Shown here piece after piece: positions 1 through 13,807 of a DNA stretch of 64,000 nt (the stretch's first letter is position 1; each line of letters begins with the position of its first letter). Location: the NCBI RefSeq assembly GCF_009914755.1, contig NC_060927.1, one strand, 5' to 3'. The stretch is from the human T2T-CHM13v2.0 reference genome, Homo sapiens. Position numbers and translations under genes: made by a program. The notes below the pieces were generated by a model that had not been told where the DNA came from, made no database searches, and saw only the letters and a program-made list of their open reading frames with translations.

Positions 1-1520
1 TCTTTATTGAGGTATAATTCACAAGTAAAATATGTATATTTTTAATGGTATACAATGTGATGTTTTGATATTAGTATACATTTTAAAATGATGACCACAG
101 TAAATGAACATATCTATAACTTCACATAGTTATATCTGTGTGTATATATGAAAGAATACTTAAGATCTACTCTAAGCAATTTTCAGGTATACAATACAGT
201 ATTATTAACTATAGTCATCATACTTTACAGTAGATCTCCGGAACTTATTCATCCTAACAAAAACTTTATACTCTTTGTCTACATCTCCCTTTCTTCCACT
301 ACCACTGGGAACCACATTATATTCTCTGCTTCTATGCATTTAAAAAATATTACACATGTAAGTGAGATCATCATGCAGTTCTTGTTTTTCTGTGCCTACT
401 TATTTTACTTAGCATAATGTCCTCCAGGTTCATTCATGTTGTGCAGATAACAAGATTTCTTTCTTTTTTTTAGACTGAATATTTTTCCATTATGTATATA
501 TACCATTTTTATACATTTGTCTGTCAGTGAACACTTGGGTTGATTCCATATCTTGGATATTGTGAATAGTGCTGTGATGAACAAGGGAGTGCAAATATCT
601 CTTGGACATACGGATATTATTTCCTTTGGACATATATTTAGAAGTGGGATTGCTGGATCATATGGTAGTTTTATTTTTAATATTTTGAAGAATTTCCTTA
701 CCATTTTTCATAATTATTTATTAATTTACATGTCTACCAAAGTGTTCAACAGTTACCTTTTCTCCACATCCTTGTCAACACTTATCGTTTGTCTTTTTGG
801 TAATAGCCCTTTTAACCATATGAAGTAATATCTCACTATAGTTTTAATTGTTTTTTCCTGATGATCAGTGATGTTAAACATGTTTCATATACCTATTGGC
901 CATTTGTATGTCTTCTTGGGAAAAATATCTTCTGAGGTTTTGGCCCATTTTTAATTGAGTCATTTGTTTTCTTACTATTGAGTTGTTTAAGTTCCTAGAT
1001 ATTTTGGATATCAACCTCTTATAAGATGTATGGTTTGCAAAATTTTTCTCCATTCTCTAGGTTTTTTCTTTATTCTGTTGATTGCTTCCTTTGCAGTGTG
1101 TAAGATTATTAGTATGAGGTAATCCCATTTGTCTATTTTTGCTTTTGTCTTTTGTGTTTTTGAGGTCTTAGCTATAAAATATTTGTGTAGACCAATGTCC
1201 TAAAAAATTTCCCGTTTCCTTCTAGTAGTTTTACAGTTTCAGTATGTTTGCATCTTTATTTCGCTTTGAGTCGATATTTGTATATTGAGTGATATAAGTG
1301 ACTAATTTCATTCTTCTGCATGTTAATTTTCAATTTTCCCAGCACCATTTGTTGGAGAGATTGTCTTTTCCTCATTGTGTGTTCTTGGCACCTTTGTCAA
1401 AGATTGATTACCTGTTAATGAATGGATTTATTTCTGAGCTCGCTGTTGTGTTTCTTTGGTCTATATGTCTGTTTTAATACTAGTACCATGCTGTTTTGAT
1501 TACTTTATCTTTGAATCAAG
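1..1520 (-). mobile_element. LINE-1 3' portion (L1MA/L1MB-type; ORF2 C-terminus and 3'UTR)
   Basis: Minus ORF 405-704 reads LKIKLPYDPAIPLL..CPRDICTPLFITALFTI..WNQPKC, the L1 ORF2 C-terminal Cys-rich region. L1M-type 3'UTR sequence occupies the window start. Confidence 0.92.
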
Positions 1521-2439
1521 ATTGTGATCTTAGCTGTATTTGTTTGCAAGCAACTGTGCATCTAAATCTCACAAGATTTCTTACACTAGAAATGAATTTG
1601 GTCATAAGAAGAAACCAAGTATGAATGGTGCAGCATAATTATTTTATTCTTAAAAAACAAATCAAAATATATTTCTTATATGTGGTAGTTCATATACAAA
1701 GAACTCTGTATCATTTTTTGCTATATTCAGTTCCTTTAGTGTTTGGCACAGTGTAATAGTGCAATGAATATCTCTTTAAAATCATCCACTGAAAAGAGAA
1801 TTATATTTTGTAAACTTCTTTTTGATCTTCAAATACTATTTGAAATAACTAGCTTACTAAGAGTTGAAATTCATTAATTTGAATAAAATCATTAAATGAT
1901 TATATTTCATTAAGATTTAATTTTTACTGAAGCCAGAGCAACTTTATATACAAAAGATTATTTCAAAGTCTCCTGGTGCTTTGGACCTTATTTCAGAGAA
2001 TCTGTCAACTTCTGATTCAGAATGCTATATAATCTGTGTGCATGTTACCAGGACACGTGATTGAATATTATTTGTCTTTTTTTTTTCATACTTTTGCTCT
2101 CTGGTTCAGTTTTGGAGACTTTCACTCATAAATATTCTATAATCAGAATTTATTTTATTTGGAAAACACCTTAAAAACTACCTATCTCATCAGCTGTCTA
2201 ATGTGTACAGTATGTTTGACAAATGTTCCTTCAATCTGTACTTAAACTTTTGGAGACTGATAATTCCCTCTTTTTTTGAAATATCTCAATATAAAGATCT
2301 TACCTAACATACATCTTCTCTTGCCTAGTCTTAACACATTAGTTCCTTTTCTGTTTTTTGCTAAGTGGTTTCCAGTTTCCTCACCATATTCATTTCAGTT
2401 TGAGGACCTACTAGGATCCATTTGTATAGGGTAGAACTT

Positions 2440-2620
2440 GTATATTTAAGAATCACACAAATATGGCTAAAGTCCTATTTCCAGTCTATAGTACCCATGA
2501 TCTTGGGAAAATTACTTAACTTCCCTAATATTCAATTTTTGCATCTGTAAATGGTACTAGCAACAAATATAGAGGCTATTGTGAAGATTAAGTTAGAAAG
2601 TGGCTAAAATATTCTGTAAA
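2440..2620 (+). mobile_element. MIR SINE fragment
   Basis: Core-like sequence tgatcttgggaaaattacttaac...catctgtaaatgg...ttgtgaagattaa. Confidence 0.7.
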
Positions 2621-2699
2621 ATACTCTCGTAGTTTAACATATTTTCATTTCCTCCTCTGACTTCCTATGTTTACAAGCAGATCGATACCATCTCTTCAA

Positions 2700-3900
2700 A
2701 TGTTCTAGATTCTACTAAGTAATATGAAGATTGCATCAGCTTTCTGGCAGTTTTTTGGCCTATTTACTCACAAGCCTCTATCAAGAAAAATTTAAGTCAT
2801 TTTTGTACAAGAAATGCTAGCCTTCATATCAATACCATATATATCTTTGGGCCCAGCTGGTTAAGCCATGTCTTAGAAATTTATTTAGTCAGCCATTGTG
2901 TTAGCCAGGCTCCCAAATTTGTCTTTTGCCAACTTGATTATCACTTCCAATTAATCAGTGACAAAACACTGAAACAAAGCAGGACAGGAGCAGACCCAAG
3001 CCAGGCTACTAAGAAACTATGCACTAACTCATTACTCTGCACACTTCATTCATACAACTGCTTCCAATTCATCTTACTTTACCAGGATCTAATGGATATT
3101 TCTCTAGGTGCGTGTTGCCTACAAAATTATTATGAGGAACACTGTCAAATGTCTTGATGAAATAGACAAAATGATTCTACCTGTTTATGCCTCTGGGCGC
3201 AGGTTGGTCAGGTCCATCAACTAGTGGGATAGGAGGCAGTGTCTCCATGAAGACCAGAAGCAATAAAAAGCTGAGCACAGACCAGTCTCAATGCAGTCTC
3301 AAAAATCAAAGCCGCAGAAACTTCAGGTACCACTTACAGGAAGAGGGCTAAAATAAAAGGGCAAATCAGTAGCTTAAAAAGAAATGGAATTGGAGAAGAT
3401 GAGACAGAAAAGCAGGAGGATTCTGAGTGATTACTATGAATGAAGAAATGGAAGTATTAATAGCTTTGTTTTGCCCGTGTAAATGGAGTTGTCTGAACTT
3501 ACGGAAAAGGCAGGCAAAGAATGAACATATAATTGTTACTCATGTTTTTGTATTATTTTAGTTGTTTACTTTAATCTGTCAAATGGTTTATGGTAAACTC
3601 TGTTGGATGCTTGTTTTTGTACTCTTCCTCTGCAGAAGCTCTGAAATATTCATATGTACTATGTAATTTCATTCAGGATCAGTATAAACCCAGTTTTAAA
3701 AATTCACCTTTGCCCTCCTTTTGAATGCTGAGACTCATTTGCTGAATTCCGGAGTTGCAGCCTTGTCTCATAATTTCCCAAAAGTCACTGATAAAATCAC
3801 ATGAAATTTTCCTTGTAACACTGGAATATAGTTTGTGTGAGAAAACTTGAACTAAAGTAGTTAGTTATCTTCTTATGATTCCTTACTGATTTGAAGCTCA
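2700..3900 (-). mobile_element. L3/CR1 LINE relic, interrupted at about 3185-3550
   Basis: gtcaaatgtcttgatgaaatag (~3144-3165) resembles the reverse complement of the CR1 RT motif DFSKAFD. CR1-like sequence resumes at about 3570-3870. Confidence 0.55.
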
Positions 3901-4754
3901 GGTTCCTTCTAGGTCAATGTATCTCTTTGGCTCAAAAATTATTCTTTCTACTGATTAATCAAATATGAATTTAGATGCTTCACTTCTTTTTAATTTCATA
4001 AAAATTAGTACCTTGGTGATGTGTACATACCCTATTTCAAATTTATCATCTGTATATTTTTAAGATAAATCATAACAAAATTCTTTCTCTTCTAGAAACA
4101 GTAATTCTTCTTAGAAACTTAGTACAGGTAAGTTTTATAAAACTTGATGTGCAGTTTTTTTTTAATTTAAAAGTTTATAAAACTTTGTGTGGCTATTGAT
4201 TGTACTTAGAGTAACCCACATTTGCATGATTAGGGAAGTACAAAAGCTTAAAAGTTAACCACTTCCCTGCTAATGTAGAAAGACAAGTTGATAATGGACT
4301 GAGTCACCACTTCTTCTAGGCAACTGCTAACATGAGGAGTAGGTTTAAAAAATTAAATTTCTTAGTTAAAAAAGGGTTTTAAAAGAGTATTGCTTACTGT
4401 CATGTATATGTTTTTAAAAATTCCTATTTCTTTTATGTTTGTCTCATAGCTTATCCTTAAGCTGAGCAAAATTATTCAAATGTGTTAAAAAGAATGTTAT
4501 TTTCTAGATCATAATACCATGACTCTATGGTCTGGTGGGATATGTGAATACAACGATGAGTGTGTTTCTTTCCCTTGAACCAACCAAATAAGGTTTTTTG
4601 GCATTCATGCTATATTAAAAGGTATAAACATAAATAATGTTATAGTGTAAATAAAATAATGTTATAGTGTAAGTAAAAATAAACACTGGCTTCTAAAAAA
4701 CATTTAATATATGAAAAAAATTTAATATTAGATGACAAATACTTCTTTTTAATG

Positions 4755-4835
4755 TTTATTGGTGAAACAGATTCAGAAATGTTACGTTCCTGCCAAGATC
4801 ACACAGCTATTCAGAGAAAACAGAATTAAATAAAA
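4755..4835 (-). mobile_element. MIR fragment
   Basis: gaaacagattcagaaatgtta...gccaagatcacacagcta matches the reverse MIR core. Confidence 0.55.
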
Positions 4836-4954
4836 TCCATATCCTTTTCAATATAATTAAATGCTTCAAATGGAAGATATACCAATTTCTCTCTTCCCAC
4901 TGTTTCCTAAAGCATGAAACCTGTCAATACCACCCAAACTCATATTATTTTAAG

Positions 4955-5045
4955 AAAGTAGTTTCCAATTATTTTGAGATCGGAATCCTTTAGAGAATCT
5001 GGTTACAAAAACTGTGTACCCTTTCTTCAGAAAAATTTACGAATG
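4955..5045. mobile_element. hAT-Charlie (MER5-group) MITE fragment
   Basis: cctttagagaatctg...ccctttcttcagaaaa resembles Charlie-family MITE termini. Confidence 0.4.
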
Positions 5046-7199
5046 CCCATTCCCAAGCCACATTTAAGTAGTAACCAGCTGGGCGGTTGTCTAAAGTGCT
5101 AATGTAAGAGTAGCACTAAAATGACGCTAGAAATATGTTGAGATAGAAGAGGTTGTCTTACAGGAATTCTTAGAGATAATCTTATATGTAGGTGGAAGTT
5201 TTATTTTCAAAAGCCTCTTGGGATGGAAGAGGTGAACTCAAAAATTAGGGCTTCCTCTCACTCACATGTCACTTTGGTGTACACTCCTACTTTCTGGTGG
5301 ATCCAGTTGAACATATTGGACTGCTTCAGATTCCAAATACAAACTGTTTTTACAAAACCACTTGTCCACTTGGCTGGGTGCCATTGTTACCACGTGATGG
5401 AGACCTTGCTCAAAGGCAGACACTCATGGAGCACTGTAGGGCTATATAACTGCTTTCCCAAGAGGTTCCATCCAGTTAACTGCAAGATTTAATTTTTACT
5501 GAAAGGAGTATGCTAGTGTAGGACTGTAATCCAGAATAAATGATAAAGGATGACTATTGCTCCCAGTGTCCCATTTCTTTACTTTTCCTAAAGCAAAGTG
5601 ATCTGCTCCAGTTCTAAAAACAATGCTGGACAGATATATTGAGAATATATTGAGGAACACCAAGTCACCAGCCTACACTGCTTTTCAAACTGAATGGGAT
5701 GCTTAGGTGTCTTGGTCTGGTCCCCCATATTCATCACATTATTTTCTACACATTTTCAGGGAATTTATAACCACTTGATGCTTATAGATGTTATTGTATA
5801 TGTCTTCATTAATTATTCAATGAGAACATACTATGCCAGAAATTAAACTTGTTTACATACATGCCCTCAATAACAAATACAGTAGAATGATTACCATATT
5901 TGATAATATTAGATTTTGTTTAAAATCTAGAATTACTATAAAATTCACACAAAGCCATGTTACATATTTTGAAAACAACACAAAGAATTGGAAACTTCAG
6001 TTTGGTCCACTCTCATTTGAGCTAATCTCAGTTGCTTCTATGGTATCAACAATCGTTGTGCTTGAGGAAGACATCAGCTTGAATTTTGCATGTCTCTGTA
6101 CATTAACAATATCATCTCAATGACACAGTCACAAAATTCCTACGGTTTTCTATTGAATTACGTGTATTTTTAAGATATGAGATTGTTTTAATGGATCTCA
6201 GAATCACCTGTTATACATCATGTTGGTTTGGTAAGCATGGAAATCTATTGATTTTATATGTTCCATTTTTCTACTGAGTAGATAATCCTTATATAAATCA
6301 AAATGTATTTTAATAGAAAGAAAAAAACACTACAAATATCTCTGGGCCAATAAAGTTCTCTTGGTATCAGGGAACTTGAGTGATTCATTCCAAGCTTGTA
6401 CGTATTTCATTGCTGAATACTTACCAATGATAAAAAGCTGAAAGATTACAAAAGATTGTATCATCCAGATAGAGAATGTGTTTTTGTCACCAAGAGCCTT
6501 AAAAGTTACTTCTGAAGAGTGTTAATTGTATAGAATTCTTTATATACAAGCCAGTGAACATAGAAAATCCATAACCTAATTATATGATTAAAATATCAAA
6601 TATAAACATGTATGTGTATAAAATATATGTATGATATGTTGATAAGGCAAATCCTGCTGTTTTATGAAAAATAAAAGAGGTCATGAGGTTATTTAATGTT
6701 GGAGTGTTTGAAAAAATATTTATAATAACACTGTTTTGTTTAGATCTCTTTGTATACAAAGCTTGTCCTTATGCATATGCTGATTTCTTCTCAGAATATT
6801 ATTTTATCTGATTTATATATAGTTATAACCTTTGCTGTTTTTAGGTTTATCAAAGAGAATACTAATATATGTGATTTTCATTTCATCACTTATCCAAAGG
6901 TAAATGAAAATCACAAATTAGGTACAATCTACAATATTTTTGTCAGTTTAAAAATGTAAAATAATAGCACATGTAGTGGTACTATTATTCGTGTTAAACT
7001 TGAGTTGCACTGAAGCATTATTTTCTTTAAAAATTCAGTAATGTATTTAAAAATATACATGTGCTGCCACAATATATTTCCATGGTTAATTATTCATGTA
7101 TACGATAGCCTAGTTTCTCGCCTTTTTTGTTCATTGTATATTCATACTACAAGTAAGGATTTTTCTGCCTTAAGCAGCAGTCCAGTTTGGGCTGTGTAA

Positions 7200-7860
7200 T
7201 ACTAGGATTATTGGCATCGACATCTGTCTTTCCCTTAAATTTAGGGAATTTAAGCCAATAAGCTACTCCCGTAGAAATTTGAAATTAGGAGCATAGAAAC
7301 TTTGGCAATACATGTGTGGGTCCTGGAAATGTTAAATCATGTAGAGGTGGAGCTGGAACAGCCATTTTCATGAAAGCATGTAAATGTTAAGTTAATAGAG
7401 AAAATAGTCATCAAAGAGAATCAAAAGGATAGTTTGAATTCATAGAGAGAAAGGGTCAATAGACCGTTGTGGATTAGAGAAACAATCGTACTGAAATCAG
7501 TTTGTTTCACTTCACAGAAACCAATTGCTAAATTTTCAGGAAGTTTTGCATCTGGGGTGGCTTCAAGTGGACAAGTGATTTGAAATCAGCCATAGTGATG
7601 TACTTCTGCCATAGAACTTATGCTCCAAATCAGGGCTTCCTGTTCCTGAGAGTTGTTAAACGTTTAGCTGCATACATTGTCACAGAGAGGGAGAGACAGA
7701 GAGAGAGAGAGAGAGAGATCTCCTGAGTAGTTTATCTGATCCTTGATAGCTTCCCAGTTCCCAGCTCTAAATCCATGAGAACCAGCAATGCTTTATTTCT
7801 ATGGAATGCATTTGTATCCTGTTAATAAACCAACATTTATGTTCTGCTCATTTAGTTCCC
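7200..7860 (+). mobile_element. Old ERVL-type LTR relic (LTR16/LTR33-like) containing a MER63 insertion
   Basis: LTR-like gccattttcatg, a (GA)n run, ccagttcccagctc and AATAAA near 7824. Family assignment is uncertain. Confidence 0.35.
7490..7677 (+). mobile_element. MER63A-like hAT MITE
   Basis: aattgctaaattttcaggaa...ttgaaatcagccat...aaatcagggct...gagagttgttaaac matches recalled MER63 sequence. Confidence 0.65.
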
Positions 7861-8252
7861 ATAAAAAATTAATTGCTACATTTCTAATCAATATAATTGG
7901 AAGCAAGGAAACAGGATGGTAACTTATATTCATGTGAAATGCCTTATATGTATATGCTGAAGTCTGTTTCTTTTTTGACCCCATATAGTTTAGAATCAAT
8001 CCCAAATAACATTTAATGCCAACTATGTTGACTCCATAGCAAGACATCTTTTTCCAGATGCGTTTCAGTATTAATCTGATCATCACCGAGAGGAAACTTA
8101 GGGAGGAATAAAGACAATAAATTCAGTATCTTAAAAGATATTTGAGTATTTTATTAAGGATTTTGCATTTTTAAATATAGAGTTGTGATCAATTTTGGCC
8201 ATCACAGGCATACAGAAAAGTTTGCCCTGAATGATTAGAGAGGCATTCTGTT

Positions 8253-8288
8253 TAAAAAAAGAAAGAAAGAAAGAAAGAGAAAGAAAGA
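8253..8288 (+). repeat. (GAAA)n microsatellite
   Basis: Seen directly. Confidence 0.9.
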
Positions 8289-10758
8289 TGTTAACCTGGA
8301 TTATCTTTCTCAATTTTTTCCTAGTCTTGCTTTCACCACTTCCTCTAATATCTTTTAGATTAGAGCGAGGTTAGTAAATACCTTGTCACAAATTACCTTA
8401 AACAGACTCACTGGTGGATGTTATTTTGAGGAGAGGCCACCACTCTTCCTTGTGTCTATCCCATCCCAACCTCAGCAGAGCTTCTAGATATAGAAAAATG
8501 CAAAATTCAGTCATTCTGAGACAGTCCCACTCATCTTGGCAAGACAAATGCAGAAATGTGTGCTCTACCCTAAGAGTTACTAAGGCCTAGTAACACCCAC
8601 AGGGGATGCTTCTGCCTGTCATTGTTGACCTCAGAAATTTTAAGGTTAGGTATCAAATGCCAGCAAGGGGCATGAGCAGTTCCAGATCTATCTTTTGACT
8701 TGCTGGAAGCATAATTACTAAAATACAGTGACTGGCCCACTTTTTTAAGGCCTCACAAATTTTAATTGGGAGCACCTTGACCCCCAAGTACAAAAGGAAG
8801 GATTTCACCTCATAGGAAAAAGTCAAGCAATATTACTTAGAGAAATGCAGGATATCATAAAGGACTCTTACAAACATATGTGCCTTTGGGCTATCAGATT
8901 TAAAGACAGAAGAAACTAATGCCCTGCTTGTTTTGTGTTATTTAGGAAATGCCACCAGAAGGGACCATTATTTTCCTCTTTGAACTAAATGTCTTAAGCT
9001 GTTTCAGGACAAGCATTAACCTTTAGCTAAGAAAGAATTTATTTAGGATATATATTGAAACACACTTCTATTGATTGTTTCTGGCATATTGCATTAAGTA
9101 CAGAATATTTCTATAGAAGCAGCTCACTCAGTTCAACAAGGTTATTTTTTTCCAGTTATGCTAATAGGAAATTTAAATATTCTACTACCATATGAATAGA
9201 TAGGAATATTTCTATAAAATTTAAGATCACATCTGTTATCACTGTACATATTTTGGATTTCTTTTTCCCTTGAATGCAAGAATAAGTGCAGATATTTATT
9301 GAGAGGAAACATGGAGCTGTTTGATTTGTCTCTGGCTTGTTAACAATTAAAGCAGATTATTTTTTGGTATCTTAATTTTTCTAAATATAGAATATAGTTA
9401 CCAGGTTATTCTCTCCTTCTTCCAAGAGAAATTGAAAAATGACTAAAAATTCTTTATTATTATGTGGATAAATAAATGATTTAAATAAAATAAATATTTT
9501 CAGACAATAGTACTCAAACGTGTTTAATTATCAGTTAAATTACAGGTTGCTGACTAAATAGCCCAGGAGATAGTCTTAAACACACACAACACTCCTCTTT
9601 CACTGAATTTCAAACCTAGTTTTAAATGCTTTCAGATTGTTTTAGAGTATTCTTTTTATTGTAATAAGGACATAAGTAAAGACCATTGATGTAGTTTGTC
9701 TTTGTAGAAGACTGAGAAATGACTTCGATCAGAGGCACACATCCCACTGTGCTTTGGTTTAGTGAATAGATTACAAAATGAGACTTATTCAAGATCAAAT
9801 GGCAAGGAGGCGAGTATTCAAGTCTGTGATTACAAGACAAAAGCCTATCTTGATGCAGGTATGCGATTTCCTACTACTTTAGAAGGCATTTTTTTAGCCT
9901 TCACAGTATTGCTGGGCTCTTAAACATTTGGAAAGTTACTGCAGTTTCTTTCCTTGACCTAGGCTTGGGACTTACTGATTTAGACATACTGGCCATATTA
10001 ACAAGTTGTTACCCCCACCTGATTCTAATGGCCAGGGGATTGTAGTTCTCTTGTCTCAGAATCCACAACATGCACTGGCAGCTTGGAGCACAGCCCAGGA
10101 AAGCTAACTCCAGGTGTAAGGCTTCAGCCTGCATTCTCCCAGTGCAGAAGAAAACAGTAATTTTCCCACTTTTCTGAACAGCAGTTTCAATCCAAAAAGC
10201 ACGATGAAAAAGTAAAATTTATCCAAGACTGCTTTATTCTTGGCATTTAGCACAAATGACAATATAACTCCACAAAACTACTTCCAAATAATTACATGAA
10301 GAAGCATAGTAAGAAACAATTTATTAACATGTCACTACTAGTTTTCTCCTAGGAATTTAGATATGCCACACCAAAAGATGACAAATTAATTCCCATTACA
10401 CTAAACTTCTACTAGGTTCTTATGAATGTTACATTTGTTCTCCTTTGTACTCTGCACTAAGGAATGATGGAAACTTAGAGCCTTCACCTGTGTTAAAAAA
10501 AAAAAGATTTGAAGTAATAATACAGGAGAACCAAATTAAATCCATTTGAACTAAAACTAGCATATTAATTCAGTTCTGCAGATGTTTAAATGTCAATATT
10601 AGTTTATTAAAAACCACTACAGTAAGAGCATAAAGAAGATGGACCAATGGAAGGAGGCAAAGGGAGAAGGTGAAAAAAAAAAAAAAAGAACACTTAGATC
10701 TAATTGAGAAACGAAAGAAAAAATTAAAACTGAAGAACACAATAACAAGGAAAAAGAC

Positions 10759-11594
10759 TGCAGGGTAGGGAGAAATAACTTTTTCTCACCCATCCTAGAT
10801 TCATGGCTGAGGTCCCTAGAACAAAAAACAGATTAACAAGAGAAAAACATACAAATTCATTTAATAAGTTTTACATGACACAAAAGCCTTCTTAAGGAAA
10901 TGAAGACCCAAGTAATAGTTAAACTTGTGTATTTTTAAGGTAGGTTTGCTAAGAGTGGACAGCAGTCAGGGAGAAATGTAATTGTACAAAGGGATATGAT
11001 CTAATGGTAATAAACTGGGAGGGAACTTTGCAAGACCTGCTTTGCTCTGTATTTCTGTGTCTTCACTGATAAGGATGTTCCTTTCCTCCAGGTATAGGGT
11101 GGGCACCTCTCAAATGAAGCTCTTATCTTCTTCAAGGGATGATTAGGAAATTCGTCCTAGGTTTTATGACCTGCTTCATGGGAGAAGGGCTGGGGCAAGA
11201 GAATGAACTTCCCGGCTGGGCACTGTGGCTCACACCTGTAATCTCATCACTTTGGGAGGCCAAGGCGGGCAGATCATCTGAGGTTAGGAGTTCCGAGACC
11301 AGCCCGGCCAACATGGTGAAACCCCGTCTCTACTAAAAATACAAAAATTAGCTGGGCGCAGTGGTGCATGCCTGTAGTTCCAGCTGCTGAGGAGACTGAC
11401 AAGGGAGACTCCTTTGAACCTGAGAGGCAGAGGTGAGCCGAGATTGCGCCACTGCACTGCAGCCTGGGCGACAGAGCCAGACCCTGTCTCAAAAAAAAAA
11501 AAAAAAAGAATGAACTTCCTGCTTCTCCTGTTTTCTCAAATTCTTTAGCTTCCAGCGTGTCATATTTGGACATAGTGTATCCTGAATCCCATCA
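10759..11594 (-). mobile_element. ERV1 solo LTR, MER34/MER39-like, split by an Alu
   Basis: TG...CA termini. The minus strand begins tgatgggattcaggatacac. Flanks agac/ggac resemble a 4-bp TSD with one mismatch. Confidence 0.75.
11214..11506 (+). mobile_element. Alu (AluS-like)
   Basis: Dimeric Alu with poly(A) tail. TSD agaatgaacttcc at 11200-11212 and 11507-11519. Confidence 0.97.
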
Positions 11595-11638
11595 GGACCA
11601 TTCTATGGTGATCTGGATGAAAGCTGTGAAATTCAATA

Positions 11639-12190
11639 TTTTTTAGTTTTTTTTTTTATTTTACTAGCTTTAGGAGTACATAGATTTTTAGTTACATAGA
11701 TGTACAGACATGAAGTCTGAGATTTTAGTGCACCCATCACCTGAGTAGTGTGCCCTGTACCCAGTAGTCATCTTTCATCCCCCTCTTAACCTCCCCACTT
11801 CTGAGTCTCCGGTGTCCATTATACCACTCTATATGTCTTTGCATACCCATAGCTCAGCTCCTACTTACAAGTGAGAGCATGCAGTATTTGGTTTTTGATT
11901 CCTGAGTTACTTCACTTAAAATAATGCTCTCCAGTACCACCCAAGTTGCTGCAAAAGGCATGATTTTATTCTTTTTTGTGGCTGAGTAGAATTCTATGGT
12001 ATATATGTATCATATTTTCTTTATTCATCAGTTGATGGGCAATTAGACTGAATCCATATGTTTGCACTTGTAAATTATGTTGTTATAAACATGCATGCCA
12101 GTGTCTTTTTGACATTGTGACTTCTTTTCCTTTGGGTAGGTACCAGTAATGGGATTGCTGGGTCAAATGTTGGATCTACTTTTAGCTTTT
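11639..12190 (-). mobile_element. LINE-1 3' end (L1PB-like)
   Basis: Poly(T), then tctgagattttagtgcacccatcacc...agtgagagcatgcag, the reverse complement of an L1PB-type 3'UTR. Confidence 0.88.
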
Positions 12191-12295
12191 CATCTGCTCT
12201 TAGGCCTAGCTGTTGGATTATAATACTTGATATCTAGCTTTGGGGCATAGAAGCATTCTAAACTCTAGACACTGAAAAATGTACATTTTGGGGGA

Positions 12296-12593
12296 TTTTT
12301 TTTGGAGACAGTGTCTCACTCTGTTGCCCTGATGACTATGCAGGAGTGCAGTAGCATGATCTCGGCTCACTGCAACCTCTACCTCCTGGGTTCGATTCTC
12401 ATGTGTCAACCTCTTAAGTAGCTGGAACCGCAGGCACAGAGCCACCACGCCTGGCTAATTTTGGTATTTTTAGTAGAGACAGGGTTTTGCTATGTATGTT
12501 AGCCAGGCTAGTCTCAAACTCCTGGCCTCAAGTGATCTGCCCACCTTGGCCTCCCAAAGTGGTAGGATTACAGGCCACTGCCGGTGCCTGACC
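12296..12593 (-). mobile_element. Alu
   Basis: Reverse-strand Alu consensus. Confidence 0.95.
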
Positions 12594-12647
12594 CCATTTT
12601 TAGGTATTTTTACACTTTTCTTTCTTCTACTACCTGAATTTTTATGT

Positions 12648-12930
12648 CTTTTTTTTTTTTTTTTTTTTTTGAGACAAGGTCTCCCTTTGTCACCCAGGCT
12701 GAAGTGCAGTGGTGCAACCTCAGCTCTCTGCATCCCCTGCCTCCTAGACTCTAGTGATCCTCCCACCTCAGCCTCCCAAATAGCTGGGACTACAGGTGTG
12801 CACCACCACACCCAGCTTATTTATATATTTTTTTGTAGAGATGGGATTTCATCATGTCGTCCAGGCTGGTTTAGAACTGCCCATCTTGGCCTCTGAAAGT
12901 GCTGGGATTATAGGAGTGAGCCACCGTACT
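12648..12930 (-). mobile_element. Alu (AluJ-like) with a small internal deletion
   Basis: Poly(T) followed by reverse Alu. The left arm lacks about 20 bp near 12878. Confidence 0.95.
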
Positions 12931-12996
12931 CATTAGAATCACCTGTCTATAGTAACACAGACATCACTTCCTTTGTGTAAAAAGGTACAGTGGTGG

Positions 12997-13340
<344 letters not shown>

Positions 13341-13357
13341 TTAATTATATGCATTAC

Positions 13358-13807
13358 TGTTAAAAACAATTTTTTCTGACACTTCTTAAAACAGTAAGGC
13401 ACTTTATTCAGGATTATAGTAATAGGTGAAGGAATACTGCGGTGGAGTTTTGCAGTAGTAGAGAGAGACTGGGCTCAAGTCTGTAAATAAGAAATAAGGG
13501 AATTCATAGGCAAGGAGCAGCGGGGTTGGGGAGTTGGTACATGTAAAATTGCTGATCAAGTAGAGTAATTCTTGCTGAACTGACCTATCAGGATTTCCAC
13601 AGAAGGCAGGTCAGGGTGATCAGACATTACCTGAGAGATAGTGAGAGATGAGGGATTTGGTCAGATATTGAAGACTATCAGATATTGAGGGTGGGGCATT
13701 CTGGCTAAACTGATACAGCATTCTTGCTACATTTGGGTTCTTGAGAAAATGCCCTAGTGGAGCTCAAGGAGATTAACTAGAGTTAGGTCAAGGAATAGTC
13801 TTTGTCA
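13358..13807 (-). mobile_element. MER31 solo LTR (ERV1)
   Basis: The minus strand starts tgacaaagactattccttgacc. TG...CA termini with flanks ttac/gtac. Confidence 0.8.

Noticed and set aside
5060-5720. Possible old LTR-retroelement internal fragment or 89-aa ORF
   Set aside because: No diagnostic motif could be confirmed by eye, so it is left unannotated.
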